64,000 nucleotides of DNA from Mobula hypostoma (taxonomy: Eukaryota). Positions within the stretch are counted from its first letter, which is position 1; every line of letters starts with the position of its first letter. Positions 52,031 to 64,000 of the stretch are shown piece after piece. Location of the stretch: contig NC_086109.1 of the NCBI RefSeq assembly GCF_963921235.1, forward strand, positions 15,874,001 to 15,938,000, given 5' to 3'. The position numbers were made by a program, and so were the translations under genes. The notes beneath the pieces were generated by a model that saw nothing but the letters and a program-made list of their open reading frames with translations, was not told the DNA's origin and did not search any database.

Positions 52031-54434
52031 TGAACTTGAGAGATTATGCACATGCTGGAAATCCAGAGAAACAAACACAAAATGTTGGAAAGACTCAGCA
52101 GGTCAGGCAGCATCTGTGGAGAGGAATAAACAGTTATTTTTTTGAACCGAGACCCTTCATCAGGGCTAGATAGGATATGGGAAGAAGCCAGAATAAGAAA
52201 GAGTACAAGCTGGCAGCTGATAGGTAAGACCAGGTGAGGGGGAAGGTAGGTGGGTGGGGGAGGAGGTGAATGGCTGAAGGAGAAGGAAGCTGCTAGGTGA
52301 GACAGTGGATCTTGGGAGAAAGAGAAGGACGAGGGGCACCAGATGGAGGTGATAGGCAGCTGAGGAGAAGAGAAGGGGCAAGAGGGAAGCTGGAATGGAA
52401 TGAGCAAGAAGGGGGAGGGGGAGAAATAAGTGGATGTTAGAGAAATTGATGATCATGCTGTCAGGTTGGAAACTACCCAACTTGAACTTCACTTTTGCAA
52501 TCATGGCACATTCCATTCCTGCTTTCAGTTTGCATAATAGGTTAAATCCTCTCAAATAGCTTCATTCCATCATGAACGCACAGTTTTGCTAGGTATTGAC
52601 AATTGTGCAACAAAAATAACAATTTGAACGCTACAGGAAAAACAAAAGGTAATTCATTCGTTTTAGGGGATTTACTGAAGGACCTCTTTTTATGGGAATT
52701 CACTATTGAAATGTAAAATTGAAGCGCTCTATCTTTCTACAGAGGAGTGGTGATTTCTAGTGTGGAGGTTGATGGAAAAAGACTGAAATCTCTTAATGAC
52801 AAAGTTGATGCTATCAAGGAAAGCTAATTGGACATCAATGGATATCAAATATCTGTCCAGTTTCTTCCTAAAGAAGTTGACACAGCTGTGTTATTACCAT
52901 AACTGGATCAAGCAGTAATTTGGAATGATACCAAATCATTCCCACAGAGGAGCAAAGCTTTATGCCATACACTAAATACTTGGCTTTCATGAGATCATCT
53001 ACAGGAGGATGAGTCTGGGCAAGGAGCAAAGCTTGACTCCAGCCACTGCATGTCAATTTTACCAGGGACTTGGTACAACACTTGGCCAAGTGCTGCCTTG
53101 CACCACGAGCAATCCCTCCATCCTCATGTCTGAACTTCTGCTCTTTGGTCCCTTTTAGACAAAAGTTGTGTTAAGGTCCAGGGCCAGAATGTCATGCAGA
53201 AACCTAAAATGGGCATTGGAAAGCAAGTTGTTACATGTCGAAGCTTAAATTACATGCAAAGTTCGACAGTTCAGGCCATCTAATTTAATAAGATAATGGC
53301 TGTTCTGATTGTCACAACTATATACTCTTCCTTACCAACAGTAACCTTCATCCCTTCGCTTATAAAACATCTATCCACCTCTGCCTTAAGGTATACAAAA
53401 ACTCTCCTTCCTTGCTATTTGAGCAGGAGAGTTGGAAAAATTCACAACCACTTTTAGAGAAATAAATATATGATGCATATTGATGTGATTATGAAGAAGG
53501 TACATCAGTGGCTGTACTTCATTAGGAGTTTGGGGAGAGTTGACATGTCACCTAAGATTCTAGCAAATTTCTACAGATGTACTGGGGGTTGTATTTTGAC
53601 TGGTTGCACCAATGTCTGGTATGGAAGTGTCAATGTGCAAGAAGCTACGGAAAGTTGTAAATTCATCCGGCTCCATCATGGCCACTGGCCTCCCCACCAT
53701 TGAGGACATCTTCAAAAGACGATGCCTGAAGAAGGTGATGCTTGTCATGAAGAACGCTCGCCATCCAGGACATGTCATCTTCTCATTACTACCATCAATG
53801 AGAAGGTACACACAATCAACGTTTTAGGAACAGCTTCTTCCCACCCTACCACACCTCCACAATCAGATTCCGGAACGTTCCCAGAACACTACCTTACTCT
53901 TTGCTCTATTATTTATTTTCTATATATTCTTATTGTAACTTTTAGTCATTTTTCTGTATTGCAATATACTACTGCCACAAAACAATAAACTTCACAACAT
54001 ATGTCAGTGACAATAAACCTGATTCTGGTTCTGAACGTTTCACCTTCCCTGTGAGCTGAAAATTTTGAAACAGTGATCCCCTAGTTCTAGATTATCTGAC
54101 AAAAGGAAATATCCTCTCTCTCTCTCAAGACTCTTGGGAGATTATATTACCTTCTCACACTTTTAAATTCCATTGGATACAAGCTGAGGTATTAGTGCAG
54201 TAAGCCTTCTATGAACTGTTTCCAATACATTGACATTCTCCCTTAACTAAAGAGACAAATAGTGGACACTGTACTCCAGATTCAATTTTCCTGCCAAAAT
54301 GGGTCATTTCAATTACTTTCCCCGCTTGCTTTGTGGCTTAGCAAATTTAAGAAGTATACTTTCAAGGCTTTTGATAACTGTTTGATAACCCTTTGATGAA
54401 TAACTGTTGAACAAAATAAACAACTTTGATTTTA

Positions 54435-54530
54435 GCAACACACATCAAAGTTGCTGGTGAACGCAGCAGGCCAGGCAGCATCTCTAGGAAGAGGTGCAGT
54501 CGACGTTTCAGGCCGAGACCCTTCGTCAGG
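54435..54530 (-). mobile_element. 96-bp Penelope-derived insertion consisting essentially of the hammerhead plus downstream arm
   Basis: Perfect 12-bp TSD ACTTTGATTTTA (54423-54434, 54531-54542). Confidence 0.8.
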
Positions 54531-54533
54531 ACT
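54497..54533 (-). ncRNA. Minimal type I hammerhead ribozyme motif, best-conserved copy
   Basis: AGUC-CUGACGA-AGG GUCUCGG CCU-GAAAC-GUC-GACU; palindromic ACGU stem III; GUC cleavage triplet. Confidence 0.8.
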
Positions 54534-56659
54534 TTGATTTTATGCAGTTTTTTTTCACTCTCACTGTCTGTTTTTCTAATTTCTTTTTGTAATTCTAATC
54601 CTATATTTTCTACATATTATTCTGGGCTTTTTTTGCAGTATCTTGTTGTCATACATAAGATGCATAGGGATAAAAAAGAAAGTTTATTATCTAGGGGACT
54701 CAAGATAAAGAAATCCCTTCGGTCTTTCTTTTGAATCTCGAATCTTTTTGAATCCTTCCACTGTTCTGAATTTGAAGTACCTGTTTCCAGTCTACTGCTA
54801 GTTAATCGCTTGTCAGCCTAATAACATTTGTTATTTCCCATTTTAGAACCTGTTTTACCATTGTCCATCTCCAGAACAATACCGCCTCAAATTCCATTGT
54901 GATTTTGACCACAAATATGCTCTCTCACTGTCACACCACACCTTCCATTTTACTCAATTTTATTCACTGAGACTAAATCTGGAATAAATCTTTTTTTTAA
55001 AAAGTGATTCTGCAGAAGCTAGAAATCTTGAGCAACACACACAAAGTTCTGAAGGATCTCAGCAGGTCAGACAGCATCTGTGTTGAAAGGAATAAACAGT
55101 TGACATTTCGGGCTGAGACCCTTCATGAATCTGCCTCTCGACCTCTGCCTATACTGGCTAAAGAAATTCTTTTGAAAGCAATTTAGGAATTCTGCATTCA
55201 GCACCCTTGTTATCTTTTAAGTAATGGCAACATTGTTAATGTTGGAGTAGTTGAGATGTCCTTGTATTGTTGCTTTATTTTTGTTGGTTTTTGCTATCTC
55301 CTGTAAAGATGTGACTATATTCTCAGCAGTGTGATGGACCCTTTTTGGTCCTTTGTTTCTACCTTTCTAACATATCATCTCTTCACAGAGCTGCAAGCTT
55401 GTATTAACCTATTTAACACTCAGCCTCCATTTTTATCCCCTTCTTTATCTTGTTTGAAAACCCAGGGAATGAACTCTCTTTTAGCCATCTTTCAGTAATG
55501 TCTAAGATACAGTCTTTTTCCTCAGCTTATCTGCCTTATTCACCTTACATTTGGCTTCATAGAAAGATGAAGAGTCAGAGTTAGAAGGAAGGGGGGCAAG
55601 AGGAGGAAGAAACACAAGGAGATAGGTGAAACTGGGAGGGGGAGGGGGCAAAGTAAAGAGCTGGGAAGTTGATTGGTGAAAGAGATACAGGGCTGGAAAA
55701 GGGGGAATCTGATGGGAGAGAACAGAAGGTCATCTTTCTTTCCCCAGTCCTGCTGAAGGGTCTTGGCCCGAAATGTCAGCTGTAGATGCTGCCTGGTCTG
55801 CTGAGTTCCTCCAGCATTTTGTGTGTGTTGCCTGGATTTCCAGCATCTTCAGATTTTCTCTTGTTTCTAACATCCATCTCCTGTTATGCGGTTACACCCC
55901 TGCTTTTCTAATTTAAGCACTACTAGCAGAACTTCCTGGTGAATACATTGAACACACAGGTATGACCATCCATCCTGTACAGATCCTCTCTGGAAATGGT
56001 CCAGTGCTCCAAGAATCTAAATCCCTTCCTCCTACACTATCTCTCCAGCCATATTTTCAGCTGCACCTTCCTCAATCTATACTTGAAGTAAACCAGAGCT
56101 AGGAATCTTTTCCATCTCCTTCAAATTGCCCCGCAGGACCTTGTTCTTTCTCTGCTACTGTTTTTGGTACCGACATGGATCGTGTCTTCTGGCTGATCCC
56201 CCTCCATCTCATGGATGTCATGCGGCTACTCGTTGACAACACTGGCGAGAAGAAACAATGTACCAGTCTGAAATTATGTCTGCCACTGTAGGAATGGGCA
56301 TCTGCTACCATAACTAAAGAATTGTCTAAATCTGTCAAACCATCACTCTCTTGACATTCTTGCTACTGCATTCCAAAGCTGGGTGCTGTTGCAGTCCTGC
56401 CTTGCACTGTGCACTCTGGGGGCAATATCTCCATCACCACTATTCAGCACTGATTGGGTTAGAGAGTGCAATATCCTCAGAGGTCACCCAATGTATCTGC
56501 CATTTCTTCTGCCTGTCTCGCAGATTCCTAATACCAATCTTCTTGCATTCACTTAAGTGCTGGGTGACCACTTTCTGAAAGGTACTCCACAAGACACAGT
56601 CTACCTTTTGGATGGACTGCAGTGCAGTGTGGGTTGCTGCACAGTAGTGTAATTACTCA

Positions 56660-57000
56660 TGTCAAGTCTGGTGTTCTCCTAAGCGGTTATTCCCTCAGTG
56701 GAGAACTCCTGTGCGTGACTCTGCTTCAAGTCGGGATCCTAATGCATGAGCTTTGACAGATCAGCGTAAGGGCCCAGTGGTGTGGAATGCAGGATGACTG
56801 GAGACCCTTCACTGCTGTTATGATGTGTCACCATCTTCCGCCAGCTCTTGGCTGGTTCGCTTTTTGTCTGGATCCTCTCCCTCGGTCTTGGTGCCACGCA
56901 AGACCCTGTCAGGAGCTAAGCTCGAGGTGGCTTCGCTCTTGGGATCTCCGGAACTCACAAGCCTCTCCACCGCGACAAGGCGATGATCCTCGGAGAAGGC
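56660..57000 (-). mobile_element. RTE/BovB-like 5' UTR fragment
   Basis: Minus strand CGCCTTGTCGCGGTGGAGAGGCTTG resembles the BovB/RTE 5' terminus (from memory). Confidence 0.5.
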
Positions 57001-58929
57001 TACACAGCAGAGGTGGAGTATTCCCAGGAGTCAGAGGAACACAGCCAGCCTTCCCACTAATATCGTGACTGGGGCATCTGAGATAATGATACTTCCAGTG
57101 TGGAGGAAGAGTATTTGAAATTAACCCTCGATCATCCCTTACAGTTTTATGGCCATGCCCAGAGACTGCCACTCTATATGGCTATTTCGCCTCATAGTAC
57201 GAGACACAACAGAACTTAAGGCCAGTTTGGGCAAGACATCAATACAGTGCCAATCTAATCCTTTTGCATTAACTAGTGGATCTTCTTGGCATGATTCCCG
57301 GGCAGTCTGTAAACAGAAAATTCTGCTGTGTGCTGCAGTCACACTTGAGCTGAAACATTATAATACAGCAAATTTACTGCAGCAATACATCACCGTGACT
57401 CATAAATACAGTACATGATATACTTTACTGATTTCTCAAACTTAAAATTCTCGTCCGTCATGTTTTAACACTGCCTAGTTCTACAATACTCCATCTCCCC
57501 ACATCAACCTCACTCTTTCACTACCTCTGGTGTTCTGCTCCCAACCTGGTACCCAACCAACCCTCCTTACCATGACTAATCCCTTCAGCCACCATTCACA
57601 CCCCCACTGCACCTTAGTCCTGTCTCCTTTAACCACTTCATACCTATATCCCCCTTCAAAATCCTTGCTAAAACCCATTTAATCGGTAAAACATTTCGTT
57701 AACAGAGTTGACATCACTGCTGGTTTTACTTCAGCGGTAGCTCTGTGAAATGTCTTGAGGTCATTTACTGCATATATTCAAACTATAGAAAGACCCTGAG
57801 ATACTGATGGAACATGCTCAACCCTTGGACCTAAAGAATTACAAAAACAAAATGGAACTTTTGGAGTTGTAAATAAAAACTTACAATATCTGCAACACAC
57901 TTGCCCACACCTTGCAGAATACGTTCCAGATGAAATTGGCCTCATTTCATGTTCTCATCTCACTTCTGAGGTATTTGTATCAGTTTATCTGTCCAAATAT
58001 CTCGCAGGGAATCTAGAATTCAACAGATGGAAATTAATCCAGGGAGTGGCTTGTGTTGGGCCCTGAAGACTGTTGAAGATCAGAGCAACCTTGAGGTAAA
58101 AGTTTAAAGTTCCCAGAAAATGGCAGCACAGGTGAACAAGATGATGAAAAAGGCATTTGACCTGCCTCCATTGGTCAGAGCAAGAATTGGGACATTATGG
58201 CACCTTTGGACAAGATGCTCGTGGCACCACATTTGAAGTGTTGTGTGCCTAGGTATAGGAAGGAAATGATTAAACTAGAGAAGAATCAGAAAAGATTTGC
58301 AAGGGTGTTGCTGAGAATAGAGGCCTTCAGTAAGGAGAGACTGGATAGGCTGGGGTCTGTTTTCCCTATGGACAGCATTCTTCTGAAGCATATAGAATCA
58401 TTAGCGGATAGACAAGGTGAATGGTCACTGTCTTTTCTCAGGATAGGGAACTCTAAGATTAGAAGGTATTGTTAGATAGGGAGGGGGGAAAGGTTTAAAG
58501 AGGCATCTTTTTGACATAAAGAGTGGTGAGAATGTGGAATGACATGCTAGCAGCAATGGTAAAGTTGAGTATAATTGCAAAATTTAAAAAGAAATATTTG
58601 GACGTGAATCAGAAACAAATAGTGGGATATGGGCCAAATATGCAGGCAAATGGAATGAGATTAGATAGTCATATTGGTTGGTGTGGATGTGATGGGCCAA
58701 AGGGCCTGTTTTCATCCTGTATAACTCTGGGACCGATTTTCCTTTGGCAATTTTTTCCTCCCCAGTGTATTCCTGCCTTTTACGTAATTCAAAAATATCA
58801 TTACTGTACTTTTTCAGGAATTCTAATTCCTCTGTCATTGATGCCCAAAGCCCAGAATTCTGGGACTCCCTTTCTAAACCTCACTGCCTCTCTACTTCCT
58901 TCTTTTTGTGGAAGGAGTTCCTTTAAAGC

Positions 58930-59545
58930 TCAAAACAATGCTTCCCAAATGCTAGAGGAACTCAGCAGGTCAGGCAGCAGCTGTGGAGATGAACAAACAG
59001 TCAAGACCCTCCTTCAGGACTGGAAAGGAAGGGAGAAGATGCCATAATGAAAAAGTGGGGAGGGGAAGGAGGCTAGCTGGAAGGTGATAAGTGAAGCCAG
59101 GTGGGTGGGAAAGATCAAGGGATGGAGAAGAAGGAATCTGCTAGGAGAGGAGAGTGGACTATAGGAGAAAGGGAAGGAGGAGGGCACCCAGGGGAAAGTG
59201 ATAGGCCGATGAGAAAAGGTAAAAAGTCAGAGTGGGGAATAGAGGAAGGGGGAAAGGTATCTTTTTTTACCAGAGGGAGAAATCCATATTCATGCCATCA
59301 GGTTGGAGGCTACCCAGATGGAATATGAGCTGTTGCTCCTCCAACTTGAGGGTGTCCTCAAATTGGCACAGCAGGAAGCCATGGAGTGACATGTTTGAAC
59401 AGGAGTGGGAATTTGAATTAGAGGTGTTTGGAAACCAAGAAGTTCCACTTGTGGTGGAAGTAGATGGAGCAGAGGTGCTTGATGAAGCATTCCCCCGATT
59501 TACAACAGGTCTCACCAGTGTAGGCTGCACCAGGAGCACTCGCTG
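58930..59545 (-). mobile_element. Penelope 3' portion (same family as 37905-38750)
   Basis: KLEEQQLIFHLGSLQPDGMNMDFS (end of GIY-YIG ORF), purine tract, pLTR with internally deleted hammerhead. Confidence 0.75.
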
Positions 59546-61049
59546 ATCAATATAGAGGAGACCACCTTTTAACTCTTGCCTCTTTGAGGAACAGTTTGGT
59601 TATTGATCCTAACATCTCCCTTTGTGGCTGTTTTCAAATTTTAATTGATAAATAATTTGTGAAGCACCTTGTTACATTAAGAAAGCACTATTATTGTATG
59701 TAGTTCTGCATGCATCTGATATTGAGCTAAGCCTAACGGACTTCAACTTCTGTTTTGATTGGAGAGAGAATGGGTGGCTTAACTGGGTCAAAAGCCAGTC
59801 AAAACATTTATCTACAGGAATACATTCCCTCCTGAGCTCCATACCAAATCATAAATAGGCCAGAGGTAAAACTACTTCATAGCATTGGTTCAATATTTTT
59901 CTATTTAAAGACTAAACTGAATAAAATAATAAAGTTCATTCTTTCTTTTCTTAAATCCTTGGGAGCTTATAAGCAATTTAATATTTTTAAAATTCTAAAA
60001 TAGAAGAGATTGGAAACTGCACAGCAAATGCATTGGCACAGTTTCAGCTATGGTTCAATGAGGAATCTTTGAGTCAGAAGGTTAGGGGTTCAAGTCCCAG
60101 TCTGGCAACATAAGCTGAGTCGCGCTTTCTAATTAAATTGTTCATTAATACCGAAGGTGAATCAGCCAATTCAGATGCTTTGAAACAATCACAATGCAAA
60201 CAGTGCGATAGATTTTTTCCAATGTTTACTCCCCAAACAATCCTCCTCCTCTTCTTCATTCAATCTCATCACAATGTCCTATTTTTCTGCAGGTTTATTT
60301 TGTATTCTTTTTGATTCTATTTACCTTAATGAGTTCTATATTATAACTACTATCTGGGTAAAAAGATTCCTGGTGAATTTACTGGCAATGTTATATTTAG
60401 GATCCATAGTTCCTGTCTCTCACATTAGTGGAAGATTCTTCTCCTTGTCCACACTGATGGGTTCACATGGAGGGTTCTATCCAATGACCTTGTCAATATC
60501 TATCCCTCAATTTAACATGGCTAAAATAGATTATCTAGAAATTCAATTGCTTAACACAGTTTTTGTCAGTGTTGGCAACTGAATATTGTTTTGCCCTTGA
60601 ACAAATCATGGTCAGGTCATTTTGTTTTACACCTGAAATTTAACTGGGCACTTTCCAGCACCTCGGAATTTGGACTGAGTTTCCCTCAGTGCATTGACTA
60701 CCATATTACCACCCTGACTTCCCCCATCTGCATGCACATCTCACCTTCCAATACCCTGCCCCTGCAAGTACCAAGTCCCAAACTAAATCGCCATAGATAC
60801 TGAAGGTTCCAATTTCATCCTCGCCCAATCACAATCCACTCCTGCTGAGATCCCTCTGATATTTTTATTCCCAATTACAGCATCTCCATCACCAACGAGA
60901 CGCTATCTTCAGGGAGAAGGTGCAGCTGCTTGAAGACACACACTCAACATTTTAGCAGCAGTTTTTTCCCCTCCACCATCAGATTCCTGAATGGACAATG
61001 AGCCAGCCTATGAATACTACCTCATTATTTTTGCTCTCTCTTTGCACTA

Positions 61050-61575
61050 TAAATATATGGTCACCAACCTGCAGGAGAGATATTCATAAGATTGAAAGAG
61101 TTGAGAGAAACTCGGGATTTGAGGACCCAATTAATATGGAAAGAATGACAAGTTAAGACTTTATTCCCTGGAGCATAGGCGAATGAGGGAAGATTTGACA
61201 GAGGTATACAACATTATGAGGGGTATAGATAGAGTAAGATAGAGAATAGATAAATAGAGATAAACAAGCATGCTTTTTTCACTGAGGTTGGGTGAGACAA
61301 GAACCAGCTCATAGGTTTAAAAAGGTGAAATTGAAATATTTAAGGGCAACCTGAGAGGAAACTTCTTCACTCAGAGGGTGTTGTGAGTGTGGAATGAGCT
61401 GCCAGCGGGTTTGATTCCAATATTTAAGAAAAGTTTGTATAAGTGCATGGATTGATAGGGTATGGAGGGCTATGGTCCAGGTGAGGATCAATGGGATGAG
61501 GCAGAATTACAGATCAGCATGAACTAGATGGGCTGAAGGGTTCATTTCTGTTCTGTAGTGCTCTATGACTCTACG
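61050..61575 (+). mobile_element. Decayed CR1 3' portion
   Basis: RT C-terminal remnants and CR1 3' UTR ending CTCTATGACTCT. Confidence 0.75.
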
Positions 61576-63151
61576 ACCTGCGAGCCTTCTAGGTTGCCAT
61601 CAAGTTTGTCATGTTGCTTTGTAAGGAAGCTCACTGTATTCAAGATGGCTGCCCCAAATTACAACTGGTTCATATTTGATCAGCTGTAAAAACACTTCAT
61701 AGTAACCTGCGCTAATTAAAAAATGCTAAAATAAACATACTCATGGAGTTTTTATCTATAATTAGGCCATTCAGCCCAAGATGGATAAGTAGTTCTAATC
61801 ACATATCCTAACCTGCTACTCATCTCGATCAACCCATTTATTTGAGACAGCTTTTCTCCTTAAAAGCTGGATAATGATAGATTATAGATGCTCATCTCTA
61901 AAGGCTACACAACACAGTTTATGATAACCTAACATACCTGGGTCTTTAAGCCCCTTGCTTTAAGAGATCGGCAAATTTTTTTGTGGCTTTATTTCAATGT
62001 GGGCTCCAGTCAATTGGCTTTCAGATGCAACACTGGATCAGAGGGCTTTAGATAATAATCATCTGCACCTATTAATGTTTGGGATAAGCCTGTGCTTGTG
62101 AGCTCAGAAGGGTTTGGTGAAGCAGTTCCAGCATTTAAATTGTCAATTCCACATCCTTTATCATGCTGCTTCGGACATTGATCTTACTGTTCACAGCTAA
62201 AACAAAGCCCATATAAAAACAGCAAGGCAGTGTCATTAATTCTGTGAGAGACCATCACCAGAACATTGATTTGTCACTCTCGCTTTGAGGATGATGTGTG
62301 GTTCAGCTGAGTGCATAGTCGATGTCAAATCTGCTGGATGCCAGCGTCAGGCAGCTGGCTGCTTTCTTCTTTCTTTCTTTCATGGATAATTCTCACGGCG
62401 GCAAGATCCTGAGACATTGATTATTTCACACGGTAGTTCATTGGCAAATGTCCATCCCTCATCCGGAAGGCACATCTAGACGCTGGACAGACTCTAAAGG
62501 GAAGCACTGGTTAAGAAACGTGTCTTATTTGGAACTCACAGAAGGATATCATCCCCAAAGGCAAAGACAGACTCTGACTTTTTTTCTTGGAATTGGAATT
62601 CGTTTATTATTGTCACATATACCAAGCGACAGTAAAAACCTTGTCTTGTAAATTGTTCATATCACATTGAGGTCCTACAAAAGGTAGTGGAGTCAGCCCA
62701 GTGCATCATGGGTAAAGCCTCCCCAACCACTGAGCACATCTACATGAAACGTTGCTGTAGAAAAGCAGCATCCATCATCAAACATCCTCACCACCCAGGC
62801 CATGCTCTTTTTTCATTGCTGCCATCAGGTAGAAGGTACAAGAGCCTAAGGACTCGCACCACCAGGTTCAAGAACAGTTACTACCCCTCAGCCATCAAGC
62901 TCTTGAACAAAAGAGGATAACCACACTCACCTGCCCATCTATTGTGATGTTCCCACAACCAGTGAACTCACTTAATAAGGATTTTCTCTCTTGTTATTTT
63001 ATGTTCTTGTTATTAACTACTATATATTTATATTTGCACTTGTAGTTTGTTGTCTTCTCACTGCCTGAGCTTTAATTGAATCTTGTTATAGTTACCATTC
63101 TATAGATTTGCTAAATACACCCACAGGAAAAAGAATATCAGGGGTGTATGT

Positions 63152-63337
63152 CTGAGCAACACATGAACACAAAATGCTGGAGGAACTCAGCAGGCCAGGC
63201 AGCATCTATGGAAAAAAAATACAGTCGACGTTTCGGGCCGAGCCGAAGGATTTCAGCCCAAAACGGCGACTGTATTTTTTTCCATAGATGCTGCCTGGCC
63301 TGCTGAGTTCCTCTAGCATTTTGTGTGTGTTGCTCAG
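63152..63337. mobile_element. Penelope-derived self-inverted short element
   Basis: Long inverted arms; imperfect flanking repeat TCAGGG(G/T)TGTA(T/G)GT; sits in the 3' UTR of a Rex1/Babar fragment (62680-63355). Confidence 0.8.
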
Positions 63338-63358
63338 GGTTGTAGGTGGTGACATTTA

Positions 63359-63834
63359 TAGAAACATAGAAACATAGAAAATAGGTGCAGGAGTAGGCCA
63401 TTCGGCCCTTCGAGCCTGCACCGCCATTTATTATGATCATGGCTGATCATCCAACTCAGAACCCTGTCCCAGCCTTCCCCCCATACCCCCTGACCCCTGT
63501 AGCCACAAGGGCCATATCTAACTCCCTCTTAAACATAGCCAATGAACTGGCCTCAACAGTTTCCTGTGGCAGAGAATTCCACAGATCCACCACTCTCTGT
63601 GTGAAGAAGTTTTTCCTAATCTCGGTCCTAAAAGGCTTCCCCTCTATCCTCAAACTGTGACCCCTCGTTCTGGACTTCCCCAACATCGGGAACAATCTTC
63701 CTGCATCTAGCCTGTCCAATCCCTTTAGGATCTTATACGTTTCAATCAGATCCCCCCTCAATCTTCTAAATTCCAACGAGTACAAGCCCAATTCATCCAG
63801 TCTTTCTTCATATGAAAGTCCTGCCATCCCAGGA
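63359..63834 (-). mobile_element. Young 5'-truncated CR1 copy, same family as 25446-28668
   Basis: About 475 bp nearly identical to 25446-25919, including the (TTTCTATG)n tail. Confidence 0.95.
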
Positions 63835-64000
63835 CTCTGATCATGAGAATTACATTGAACTTTGAATTTTAAGGTAGTACAATGTAAAATAACAACAAAA
63901 TGCAGAATAAAGTGCAACATCTGCAGAGAAAGTGTGGTTCAGGCAGAGGATAAGGTACAAGATCATGCTGGGGCAGTTTGTGAGGTCAAGAGTGCTTATT

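Noticed and set aside
58523..59047. 174-aa ORF
   Set aside because: Chance read-through across CR1, old SINE-like and Penelope repeat fragments.
5882..63337. Recurrent GCAGCAGGCCAGGCAGCATC / GAAGGGTCTCGGCCCGAAAC repeats as a CRISPR array
   Set aside because: Dispersed, on both strands, with no regular spacers or cas genes; eukaryotic Penelope-derived repeat.

Overview
Vertebrate, repeat-dominated genomic DNA, not prokaryotic. The repeat spectrum (HE1-like V-SINEs, CR1, Rex1/Babar, fish-type L1, Penelope, Gypsy) points to a cartilaginous fish, probably a ray or shark (inference). No complete host gene is visible; the only host-gene signal is a CpG-enriched promoter-like region with one or two candidate first exons on the minus strand at about 41.5-42.1 kb. 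Main elements: (1) a complete but frameshifted Gypsy LTR retrotransposon (1311-5750, 134-bp LTRs, tRNA-Leu PBS, PPT, 5-bp TSD); (2) a nest at 6.6-10.7 kb (Rex1/Babar LINE containing a hAT-Charlie element and a mariner MITE, the latter containing a 5'-inverted L1); (3) a 5'-truncated CR1 with complete but frameshifted ORF2 (25446-28668); (4) a chromodomain-bearing Gypsy remnant, a solo LTR and two heavily decayed Gypsy elements. The most striking signal is a very abundant Penelope-derived short repeat. It carries a minimal type I hammerhead-ribozyme motif (stem I-CUGANGA-stem II-GAAAC-GUC-stem I) and often occurs as a self-inverted hairpin with its own target-site duplication. All calls are by eye, without database searches.
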